A stretch of DNA of 32,000 nt. Origin: an uncultured archaeon. GTDB taxonomy: Archaea > Iainarchaeota > Iainarchaeia > Iainarchaeales > JAAZKV01. Position numbers and translations under genes: made by a program. Under the pieces are notes generated by a model, which did no database searches, had not been told where the DNA came from, and saw only the letters and a program-made list of their open reading frames with translations. Below are positions 22,838-31,052 of the stretch, piece after piece (position 1 is the stretch's first letter; each line of letters starts with the position of its first letter). The stretch covers positions 360,001 through 392,000 of the forward strand of contig CAZKBG010000001.1 in assembly GCA_964551375.1 (NCBI GenBank), written 5' to 3'.

Positions 22838-25639
22838 CTATTTCTTAAGTATTGGCGAAAGGAACTTTCCAGTATAACTCTTTGAATTATTCGCAATGCT
22901 TTCTGGAGTGCCCTCGGCAACAATCTGCCCGCCGCCTTCTCCGCCTTCTGGACCCAAATCAATAATATGATCAGCGCATTTAATTACTTCAAGATTATGC
23001 TCAATTACAACAATTGTGTTTCCCTTATCCACTAAAACCTGTAGAACATCAAGGAGTTTTTTAATATCATGGAAATGAAGGCCTGTGGTTGGCTCGTCCA
23101 ATAAATAGAGTGTGTTTCCTGTTCCGCGTTTTGCAAGTTCTTTTGTAAGTTTTACTCTTTGAGCTTCCCCGCCTGAAAGAGTAGTAGCGCTTTGACCGAG
23201 CTTAATATAACCAAGTCCAACTGAGTTAAGAGTTCCAAGCTTTGTTCTAATCCCAGGAATTGATTCAAACAACTTTGTCGCTTCTTCAACACTCAAATTC
23301 AAAACATCAGAAATATTTTTCCCATTAAAAGTAACCGCAAGAGTTTCTTCATTATACCTTTTGCCTTTGCACTCTTCACATTCAACATACACATCAGGCA
23401 AAAAATTCATTTCAATCTTAATCGTCCCGTCACCCTGACACTTCTCGCACCTACCGCCTGGAAGATTAAAAGAAAATCTTCCTTGATTATACCCTCTCAT
23501 TTTTGCTTCTTTAGTCATTGCAAATAAGCTCCTGATTTCATCAAACACTTTAATATAAGTCGCAGGATTACTCCTCGGAGTTCTTCCAATTGGACTTTGG
23601 TCAATTACAACAACCTTATCCACTTTTCCGTCCACTACAATATCCTTGTGCTTACCTGGAAGAATCTTTGCAGTTGAGAGTTCAAGCTTTTTTACTAACC
23701 CTTTATTTATAATTTCTTCAAGAAGAGTTGATTTACCCGAGCCGCTCACTCCGGTTAAACAATTAAATACGCCAAGCGGAAGAGTTACATCAATATTTTT
23801 CAAGTTGTTTTCAGCACATCCTAAAAATGAAATGCTTCCTTCGCCAGTTCTTCTCTTCTTTGGAACACTAATTTCAACTTTCCCAGCCAAGTACTGCCCA
23901 GTAAGAGAATCTTTGTTCTTTTTTATTTCATCAGGAGTCCCAACAGCAATAACTTTCCCGCCGTGAATCCCAGCACCAGGCCCCATATCAACAACATAAT
24001 CAGCATTTCTAATTGTATCCTCATCATGCTCTACTACAATTAAAGTATTTCCAATATCCCTCAACCTGTGAAGAGTTTCAATTAATTTATTATTATCCCT
24101 CTGGTGAAGTCCAATTGAAGGCTCGTCAAGAATGTATAAAACTCCCATTAAGTTTGAGCCAATTTGAGTGGCTAATCTAATTCTCTGAGCTTCTCCTCCG
24201 GAAAGAGTCCCCGCCTGCCTTGAGAGAGTCAAATAATTTAATCCAACATCATTAAGGAACTTCAACCTTGCATTAATTTCTTTTAAAATAAGCTTTGCGA
24301 TTTCAGAGTCTTTTTTTGACAAATCAATATTAGCAAAAAACTCGCTTGCCTTGTCAATTGACAAGTCAGTCAAATCAATAATGGATTTATCTTTAACCTT
24401 CACTGCAAGGATTTTATCCTTTAATCTTTTTCCCTTACAAACAGGGCACTCGCTTGAACGCATATACTTTGCCAAGTCTTCTTTTCTCCACTCGGATTCA
24501 GTAGTTTTGTAAAGTCTGTCAGACTGAGGGATTAAACCTTCCCACCCATCTCTTAAATTCATTTCAGCGCCGTTATCCCAGTGTCCGACTAACGCATCTT
24601 TAGTTCCGTACATTAAAACATCATACTGGTGTTTTGTGAATTTCTCAATCGGGGTGAATAAATCAAAACCATATTTTTTTCCTACAACTTGCAATTGCTG
24701 TCCTCTCCAACTCAAATCCATTTTACCGTAAATATCAATAGCCCCGTCCATTATGCTTTTTGATTTATCAGGAATTACTAAATCAGGGTCAAATTCAATC
24801 TTTACTCCCAAACCCTTGCACTCTTCACAAGCTCCAAAAGGAGAGTTAAATGAAAACATTCTTGGCTGGAGTTCTTCAAAAGACAAACCGCAGATAGGGC
24901 AAGTGAGCGCTGAGGAATACATCTGCTCTTTTCCTTTCGCATCAACAATAATCATTAACCCATTTCCTCTCTTTAACGCGCTTTCAACAGCTTCAATAAT
25001 TCTTGACTTGTCTTTGACATTAACTCTGTCAACAACCGCTTCAATATCATGCATCTGCCATCTGCCAAGAACTATTTTTTCATCAGTTCGCATTATTTTT
25101 TTATCAACTCTAACTCTTGCATACCCTTCCTTTCCCAAATCAAGAACTAATTGCTCATGAGTTCCTTTCTTCTGGCTGATTATGGGTGCAAGAATAGTTA
25201 TTTCTCCTTTAGAATTTTCGATAACCTTCTTTGCAATCTGCTGAGGAGTCTGTGACTCAATCTTTACTCCATGCTTTGGGCAATGAGGAACACCAACACG
25301 CGCAAAAAGCAACCTTAAGTAATCATAAATCTCTGTAACAGTCCCCACAGTTGATCTTGGATTATTAGAAGTGGATTTTTGCTCAATAGAAATTGCAGGA
25401 GATAATCCGTCAATAGAATCAACATCAGGCTTGTTCATTAATCCTAAGAATTGCCTCGCATAAGCGCTAAGTGATTCAACATATCTTCTCTGCCCTTCAG
25501 CATAAATTGTATCAAAAGCAAGAGTTGATTTGCCGGAACCAGAGAGCCCAGTTATCACTATGAATTTATCTCTTGGAAGCGAGATAGTGACATTCTTCAA
25601 ATTATGCTCGCGAGCCCCGCGAACAACAATCTCATTCAT
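22838..25639 (-). CDS. uvrA: Excinuclease ABC subunit A
   Basis: Two ABC ATPase modules (GLSGSGKSTLA, GVSGSGKSTL; signatures LSGGEAQR twice) and zinc-finger Cys pairs (CPICG..CEEC; CEKCQGDG..CEEC). It is colinear with bacterial UvrA over 933 aa. Confidence 0.95.
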   Translation of the reverse strand: MNEIVVRGAREHNLKNVTISLPRDKFIVITGLSGSGKSTLAFDTIYAEGQRRYVESLSAYARQFLGLMNKPDVDSIDGLSPAISIEQKSTSNNPRSTVGTVTEIYDYLRLLFARVGVPHCPKHGVKIESQTPQQIAKKVIENSKGEITILAPIISQKKGTHEQLVLDLGKEGYARVRVDKKIMRTDEKIVLGRWQMHDIEAVVDRVNVKDKSRIIEAVESALKRGNGLMIIVDAKGKEQMYSSALTCPICGLSFEELQPRMFSFNSPFGACEECKGLGVKIEFDPDLVIPDKSKSIMDGAIDIYGKMDLSWRGQQLQVVGKKYGFDLFTPIEKFTKHQYDVLMYGTKDALVGHWDNGAEMNLRDGWEGLIPQSDRLYKTTESEWRKEDLAKYMRSSECPVCKGKRLKDKILAVKVKDKSIIDLTDLSIDKASEFFANIDLSKKDSEIAKLILKEINARLKFLNDVGLNYLTLSRQAGTLSGGEAQRIRLATQIGSNLMGVLYILDEPSIGLHQRDNNKLIETLHRLRDIGNTLIVVEHDEDTIRNADYVVDMGPGAGIHGGKVIAVGTPDEIKKNKDSLTGQYLAGKVEISVPKKRRTGEGSISFLGCAENNLKNIDVTLPLGVFNCLTGVSGSGKSTLLEEIINKGLVKKLELSTAKILPGKHKDIVVDGKVDKVVVIDQSPIGRTPRSNPATYIKVFDEIRSLFAMTKEAKMRGYNQGRFSFNLPGGRCEKCQGDGTIKIEMNFLPDVYVECEECKGKRYNEETLAVTFNGKNISDVLNLSVEEATKLFESIPGIRTKLGTLNSVGLGYIKLGQSATTLSGGEAQRVKLTKELAKRGTGNTLYLLDEPTTGLHFHDIKKLLDVLQVLVDKGNTIVVIEHNLEVIKCADHIIDLGPEGGEGGGQIVAEGTPESIANNSKSYTGKFLSPILKK

Positions 25640-25896
25640 GCTTAGATACTATCCAAAAGAAAGCTTAATAAATCAAGCCAAAGGAGAGCGCCGGCGAAAC
25701 AAATGCTATTTATTTCACTTCTTTTTGGTTCACAAAAAGAATTCGATATAAAAACAAAAAACTTTAAGCACTTAAAATAAAAACACGCACACATTATTGT
25801 ACTAACTGGCAAAATAGTACCAAACGCTTTATAAAAACCGGAAACAAAAGAGTAGTCAAGCGGAAAAGATAGCCGCGTTATGCGAGGGGATAAATT

Positions 25897-26067
25897 ATGG
25901 CTGAACTGAATGTGTATATTACTGATGTAATGAAAAGAGAAATGGACTATGTGGGGGGAGTTGACTGGGAAAAAATAATCCACGAAGCTGTTTGGAAAAA
26001 ACTCGCAGAAGCGAAAAAACACTTCAAGAAACATGAAAGACCGAATACTTGGGAAAATGATTATTGA
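25897..26067 (+). CDS. Small ribbon-helix-helix (CopG-like) candidate protein, 56 aa
   Basis: MAELNVYITDVMKREMDYVGGVDWEKIIHEAVWKKL fits an RHH strand-helix-helix pattern. The ATG follows GAGGGG. It is below the track cut-off. The antisense 147-aa ORF (25642-26085) is Phe/Ser-rich and implausible. Confidence 0.4.
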   Translation: MAELNVYITDVMKREMDYVGGVDWEKIIHEAVWKKLAEAKKHFKKHERPNTWENDY

Positions 26068-26118
26068 CCAAAAATGTGACAACAAACAACCGCGACAGCA
26101 AAGTTAATAATACTAACA

Positions 26119-26143
26119 CCATATTAATATAATATTAATATGG
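26119..26143. promoter_or_regulatory. Perfect 25-bp palindrome overlapping the TA promoter (candidate operator/TATA)
   Basis: CCATATTAATAT-A-ATATTAATATGG has 12-bp arms and a 1-nt centre at 26131. It ends 12 nt before ATG 26156 of the antitoxin gene. Confidence 0.6.
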
Positions 26144-26155
26144 GGGTGAGTGATA

Positions 26156-26392
26156 ATGGTGAAAGCAATAATAGACATCTCTCCGCAGTCAAACGCAATA
26201 CTAAATGTTCTAAAGGCAAAACACGGGCTTAATACAAAATCCGAAGCGATTGACTTTGTTGTAAAACAATATGAAGAAGAAGTCATGGAGCCGGCTTTGA
26301 GGCCTGATTTTATCAAACGGATGCGAAGAATTGAAAAAGGCAAGAAAATATACATAGGGACTGTCGAAAACCTTCGGAAGAGATTTGAATGA
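26156..26392 (+). CDS. Type II antitoxin candidate (archaeal DUF2683-like)
   Basis: VKAIIDISPQSNAILNVLKAKHGLNTKSEAIDFVVKQYEEEVMEP matches my recollection of the small archaeal antitoxin-like family paired with RelE. Its stop overlaps the toxin start (ATGA 26389-26392). The track start 26150 is a GTG. Confidence 0.6.
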   Translation: MVKAIIDISPQSNAILNVLKAKHGLNTKSEAIDFVVKQYEEEVMEPALRPDFIKRMRRIEKGKKIYIGTVENLRKRFE

Positions 26393-26658
26393 CATACAGC
26401 ATAATATTAAGCAACAAGGTCGACAAAGTCTTCTTTAAACTTGTAAAAAAGGACAGAGAACAATATTATGCAGCAGTTAAAAAGATTAAAGAAATAAAAG
26501 AAAACCCGCAACATTACAAAAACTTGCACCCTCCGCTTGCGCACTTAAAAAGAGTGCACATAATGAAAAGCTTTGTCCTAATATTTTCAGTTGATGAAAA
26601 GAACAAAATCATTACGCTTGAAGACTACGAGCATCACGACAAGATATACAAAATCTGA
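26389..26658 (+). CDS. relE: RelE/ParE-superfamily toxin
   Basis: 89 aa. The C-terminal block LAHLKRVHIMKSFVLIFSVDEKNKIITLEDYEHHDKIY matches the RelE pattern (L.g..R.ri.dyRliy.vd.....i.i..i.hR..iY). It is coupled to the upstream small gene. Confidence 0.75.
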   Translation: MTYSIILSNKVDKVFFKLVKKDREQYYAAVKKIKEIKENPQHYKNLHPPLAHLKRVHIMKSFVLIFSVDEKNKIITLEDYEHHDKIYKI

Positions 26659-26710
26659 AAAAAATAGAAAATGCGAGGGAGTGTTTTACCCCCGCAAGTT
26701 AACTTTGATT

Positions 26711-29359
26711 TTACTTATTGAACTTAGCATCGCTCTTTGTTCCTTTTTCTTTTAGGCTAGCGTGAGCGGCTGCAAGTCTTGCTATTGGAACTCTGTAAGG
26801 ACTGCATGAAACATTGCTCATGCCGATTCTATGGCAGAACTCAACTGTTGCAGGGTCACCGCCGTGCTCACCGCAGATCCCGATATCAATTGAGGGCTTT
26901 ACTCCGCGAGCAAGCTTAATTGCATGCTGCATTAAGAGTCCAACTCCGGACTGGTCAATTGTCTGGAACGGGTCCTGAGCATAAATTCCCTTCTCCACGT
27001 ATGGAATCAAGAACTTTCCCGCATCGTCTCTTGAGAAACCGCAAGTCATTTGAGTCAAATCATTTGTTCCAAATGACATGAACTCAGCTTCTTTTGCTAA
27101 TAAATCAGCAGTTAATGCGGCTCTTGGAACTTCAATCATTGTTCCAATAGTGTAATGCACTTTTCCTTCCGCTCCTGTTTCTTTAGCAACTTTTCTAGTT
27201 AATTCAGCAAGAGGAGAATACTCCTTTACATTCCCAACAAGAGGAATTTCTATTTCAGGAATTGCCTTAACTCCCTTCTTTCCAACAGCGATTGCCGCGT
27301 TAAATATTGCCCTAACCTGCATTTCCATTATTTCAGGATATACTACGGCAAGTCTGCATCCTCTGAATCCAAGCATTGGGTTGAATTCGTGAAGAGAAGC
27401 TATTGTATTTACAATATCCTTTGGAGTTACATTAAGTTCCTTTGCAATATCTTCAATTTCTTTTGTTTGATCTTCTTTTGGCAAGAACTCATGCAGAGGA
27501 GGGTCAAGCATTCTAATAATAACCGGCAAGCCGTTCATTGCATTGAAAATTCCTTCAAAGTCTTCCTGCTGGTAAGGCTCAATTTTTGCCAATGCTCTTC
27601 TTCTTCCTTTCTCGTCTTTTGCAAGAATCATTTCTCTAACCGCTTTGATTCTTGTAGCTTCAAAGAACATGTGCTCTGTTCTGATTAATCCTATTCCTTC
27701 AGCGCCGAACTTTCTTGCAAGCTCTGCGTCCTTTGGAGTGTCAGCATTTGTTCTAACTTTTAGAGTTCTAAAAGAATCAGCCCACTTCATTAAAGTTGAG
27801 AAGTCTCCTGAAAGAGTTGGTTCAACCACTGGAACTGCGCCAACAATTACGTGACCAGTTGAGCCGTTTAGAGAAATTATATCCCCTTCCTTCACAACTG
27901 TTCCGTTGCAAGTGAACATTTTCTTCTTTTCTTCCATTACTATTTCGTCGCAACCTGAAACGCAGCACTTGCCCATTCCTCTCGCAACAACAGCAGCGTG
28001 AGAAGTCATTCCCCCTCTTGCTGTTAAAATTCCAACAGCCGAGTGCATTCCTTCAATATCTTCTGGAGAAGTTTCTAGTCTTGCTAAAATTACTTTCTCC
28101 CCTCTTTCAGTCCATGACTTAGCATCCTCTGCGTTAAATACAACTTTACCAACCGCAGCTCCTGGAGATGCTGGAAGTCCTTCAGTTAAAGGAGTGTATT
28201 TAGCTTTTGGGTCAAACTGCTTGTGAAGCAACTGATCCAAGGAAGCTGGGTCAACTCTTAAAACCGCGTCTTCTTTTGAAATTACTCCCTCATTAACCAT
28301 GTCAACTGCAATTTTTACCGCAGCGTGAGCAGTTCTTTTACCGTTTCTTGTCTGAAGCATATATAATTTTTCGTGCTCGATTGTGAATTCAAAATCCTGC
28401 ATATCTTTGTAAGATTTTTCAAGCTTTGCCCTAATATCAACTAATTCCTGATGAACTTTTGGAAGAATTGATTTTAACTCATCAATTTTCTTTGGAGTCC
28501 TAATACCAGCAACAACATCTTCACCCTGAGCGTTCATTAAGAACTCGCCGTAGAACATGTTCTTTCCAGTTGAAGGGTCTCTTGTGAATGCAACTCCAGT
28601 TCCTGAGTCGTCACCCATGTTACCAAAAACCATTTCCTGAACATTAACCGCTGTGCCCCAATCGTTTGGAACATTATTTAATCTTCTGTAAATAATTGCT
28701 CTATCATTATTCCATGACCTGAATACCGCATCTCTTGAGCGCTTTAACTGCTCAATTGGGTCCTGAGGGAAATCTTCCTTTGTTTCCTTCTTATAAAGTT
28801 CCTTAAATTTCACTACTAATTCTTTTAGCATTGCAGTTGTCATTTCAGTGTCCTGCTTGATTTTATTTGCGTGCTTTATTTCATCCATTATGTGCTCGAA
28901 TTTTAATCTATCAACTTCCATTACAACATCAGCAAACATTGTGATGAATCTTCTGTATGAATCATAAGCAAATCTTTCATTTTTCGTTGCTTTTGCAATT
29001 CCTTCAACAACGCTGTCATTCATTCCAAGATTTAGAATAGTATCCATCATTCCAGGCATTGAGGCAGGAGCTCCGCTTCTAACAGAAACCAAAAGAGCGT
29101 TCTTTGGATCGCCGAATTTCTTTTTAGTCTTAGTTTCAACTTTTTTAACCGCTTCAACCATCTGAGAATCAAGTTCAGTCGGGTGTTTTCTTCCATGAGC
29201 GTAGTAATATTTACAAACATCAGTTGTAATTGTGAATCCATAAGGAACTGGCAAACCAATTTTAGTCATATCCGCTAAATTTGCACCTTTTCCTCCAAGC
29301 AGCATCTTCATGCTCTTGTCTCCTTCCTCAAACATGTATACGTACTTATCATTAGCCAT
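26711..29359 (-). CDS. ppdK: Pyruvate, phosphate dikinase
   Basis: N-terminal GGKGANLADM, phosphohistidine motif GGMTSHAAVVARGMG, the TIM-barrel PEP/pyruvate domain and catalytic Cys GICGEHGGDP. The start is set at ATG 29359 (MANDKYVYMFEEG), 6 nt after GGGGGAG. The track start 29398 is an upstream GTG. Confidence 0.95.
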   Translation of the reverse strand: MANDKYVYMFEEGDKSMKMLLGGKGANLADMTKIGLPVPYGFTITTDVCKYYYAHGRKHPTELDSQMVEAVKKVETKTKKKFGDPKNALLVSVRSGAPASMPGMMDTILNLGMNDSVVEGIAKATKNERFAYDSYRRFITMFADVVMEVDRLKFEHIMDEIKHANKIKQDTEMTTAMLKELVVKFKELYKKETKEDFPQDPIEQLKRSRDAVFRSWNNDRAIIYRRLNNVPNDWGTAVNVQEMVFGNMGDDSGTGVAFTRDPSTGKNMFYGEFLMNAQGEDVVAGIRTPKKIDELKSILPKVHQELVDIRAKLEKSYKDMQDFEFTIEHEKLYMLQTRNGKRTAHAAVKIAVDMVNEGVISKEDAVLRVDPASLDQLLHKQFDPKAKYTPLTEGLPASPGAAVGKVVFNAEDAKSWTERGEKVILARLETSPEDIEGMHSAVGILTARGGMTSHAAVVARGMGKCCVSGCDEIVMEEKKKMFTCNGTVVKEGDIISLNGSTGHVIVGAVPVVEPTLSGDFSTLMKWADSFRTLKVRTNADTPKDAELARKFGAEGIGLIRTEHMFFEATRIKAVREMILAKDEKGRRRALAKIEPYQQEDFEGIFNAMNGLPVIIRMLDPPLHEFLPKEDQTKEIEDIAKELNVTPKDIVNTIASLHEFNPMLGFRGCRLAVVYPEIMEMQVRAIFNAAIAVGKKGVKAIPEIEIPLVGNVKEYSPLAELTRKVAKETGAEGKVHYTIGTMIEVPRAALTADLLAKEAEFMSFGTNDLTQMTCGFSRDDAGKFLIPYVEKGIYAQDPFQTIDQSGVGLLMQHAIKLARGVKPSIDIGICGEHGGDPATVEFCHRIGMSNVSCSPYRVPIARLAAAHASLKEKGTKSDAKFNK

Positions 29360-29450
29360 AATTTCTCCCCCAATTTTAGACAAGAAAAATCTTTTCACCA
29401 GACATTCTTTGATAGTAGGAAAGAAAAAAAGGTTAATAAAGCTAATTAGA

Positions 29451-29486
29451 GAGTGAGTAAAGCGAAAAAAGTTAATTTACTCACTC
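29451..29486 (-). terminator. Perfect 11-bp hairpin downstream of the GLUG gene and upstream of ppdK
   Basis: GAGTGAGTAAA (29451-29461) pairs with TTTACTCACTC (29476-29486) across a 14-nt loop. It starts 6 nt after the stop of the minus-strand GLUG gene. A T7 run follows on the minus strand about 20 nt further on. Confidence 0.5.
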
Positions 29487-29491
29487 AAAAT

Positions 29492-30994
29492 TTATTTTAA
29501 AGTTGGGTAACTTGTGCCTTCACTAATTACCCAAATATTAGTAAAATCCCAGCCACTATAAGTTGCCTGCTGTTTCATTTCAGCAGTAGTTTTTCCTGTT
29601 CCTACCGCGCTAGTGCCCTTAGTTGAAGTAGTTACATCCCAATAAGTGCTTGAATTTACCCCGCCAGAGTTAAAACCAGCTAAGCCACCAATGCTATTAC
29701 AGGAACCGCCCGTGCAAGAAACAAGTCCAGTTGAATAAGAATTTGTTAAAGTTCCAGGAGTGTTAAAATTTCCAAGTAGTCCTCCAACACCAAAAGCATT
29801 TATTGAAGAAACTGGGCTCTGAGAATACGAGTCAGTTACTTCCCCAAAATTATTTCCAACTAATCCCCCAACAGCCATTGCACTATCAAGCCCATAAACA
29901 TTTCCAGTTGAATAAGTTCTTCTAACATGCCCTAAAATTGTTACTGGATCCTGTTTTGCATTATATCCAACAACTCCACCAGTAGAACTGCTTCCAGTAA
30001 CTTGTGCGCTTGAGTGCGAGTTAGTCAAGTATCCTGCGTTACTGCCTAAAATTCCGCCTGTGTATCTTTGGCTTGAAATTACTCCCATAGTTGAAACATT
30101 TGTTACTGTTCCATTATTTGAGCCAACAAGAATCCCTGAATAATCAGTAGCTGAAATGTTTGCATCAGTTAGAGAAACATTTGAAATTGATGCATTAGAT
30201 AGGGTTCTTCCAAAGAGCCCCACATAATTAGTTGCAGGAAGAATTATTTTAATTCCGGAAACAGAATATCCTTTTCCGTCAAAGCTTCCTGAAAATGAAT
30301 TGGCATAAGTTCCAATAGGAGTAAACCCAGCTCCGCCGTTCCAAGATGATGATTCATAACAATTAATATTTCCCCCAATAGCATAATTTCCGTCCAAATG
30401 CTCATTTACTTTCTGCAGCTCAAGACAGGAATTAATAATCCAAGGATTTGCTAAAGTGCCTGTTCCAAGCCCTACAACTCCATTTGGATTAGCAGGAGCG
30501 GTATCAGTCACGCAAGTAGCAGTAATCTGACCGCTAATTGTTTTTGACAACTCATCAGGAGTGGAATACTCCATTGAAACAGCGCAAACTTTTTTAGTCT
30601 CTCCCGGAGCACAAGGGCAAGATAAGTTCAAATCGCTTAAATAAAATAACTTCTTGTCAAGCGGAGCAACTATATTATTGAATACAGATTCCCTTCCCCC
30701 AACAGTTATTTTCTTCAATAGAAGAGAATCGTTTGAGTTGTTAGTCACATTAACAAGCCCATCCCCCTGAGGGTCCTGAACAAATTCATAAATTGAGACT
30801 CCTTCTGAAGAAAGCGACTGCTTGATTTGGTCAACACTTGGATTAATTACAGAAAAAGAATTTTGAAACATTCCAGTTAAAAGCCCAACAACAACAAGCG
30901 CTATTACTATTACAACAGCAATAATTACTAAGTATTCAATAGTGCCCTGCGCACTTGATTTTGTTCTCCGCTGTTTAAATGAAACCATTAACAT
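29492..30994 (-). CDS. GLUG-repeat surface protein/adhesin with archaeal class III (type IV pilin-like) signal peptide
   Basis: The N-terminus KQRRTKSSA|QGTIEYLVIIAVVIVIALVV has Q+1, T+3, E+5, Y+6 followed by a hydrophobic helix. The C-terminal half carries repeated GG(L/I/V)(L/V)G.N.G.(L/V)TNSYS units. It ends with the typical terminal block YWDVTTSTKGTSAVGTGKTTAEMKQQATYSGWDFTNIWVISEGTSYPTL. Confidence 0.8.
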   Translation of the reverse strand: MLMVSFKQRRTKSSAQGTIEYLVIIAVVIVIALVVVGLLTGMFQNSFSVINPSVDQIKQSLSSEGVSIYEFVQDPQGDGLVNVTNNSNDSLLLKKITVGGRESVFNNIVAPLDKKLFYLSDLNLSCPCAPGETKKVCAVSMEYSTPDELSKTISGQITATCVTDTAPANPNGVVGLGTGTLANPWIINSCLELQKVNEHLDGNYAIGGNINCYESSSWNGGAGFTPIGTYANSFSGSFDGKGYSVSGIKIILPATNYVGLFGRTLSNASISNVSLTDANISATDYSGILVGSNNGTVTNVSTMGVISSQRYTGGILGSNAGYLTNSHSSAQVTGSSSTGGVVGYNAKQDPVTILGHVRRTYSTGNVYGLDSAMAVGGLVGNNFGEVTDSYSQSPVSSINAFGVGGLLGNFNTPGTLTNSYSTGLVSCTGGSCNSIGGLAGFNSGGVNSSTYWDVTTSTKGTSAVGTGKTTAEMKQQATYSGWDFTNIWVISEGTSYPTLK

Positions 30995-31052
30995 AAGAGG
31001 AATTTGAAATTAAAAAGAGTTTCGGCAGGATAAAAAGCGCTGCAGGAAAAAT

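Noticed and set aside
23646-25751. + strand ORFs within and overlapping the 5' end of uvrA (23646-23966, 24753-25160, 25530-25751), with similar cases inside ppdK (27389-27854, 29047-29259), uvrB (15708-17310) and uvrC (20518-21618)
   Set aside because: These are antisense or alternative-frame shadows of long, motif-verified genes.
25642-26085. 147-aa minus-strand ORF directly upstream of uvrA
   Set aside because: Its composition is Phe/Ser/Ile-rich and looks non-protein-like. It covers the AT-rich uvrA promoter region and is antisense to the better-supported RHH-like mini-ORF.
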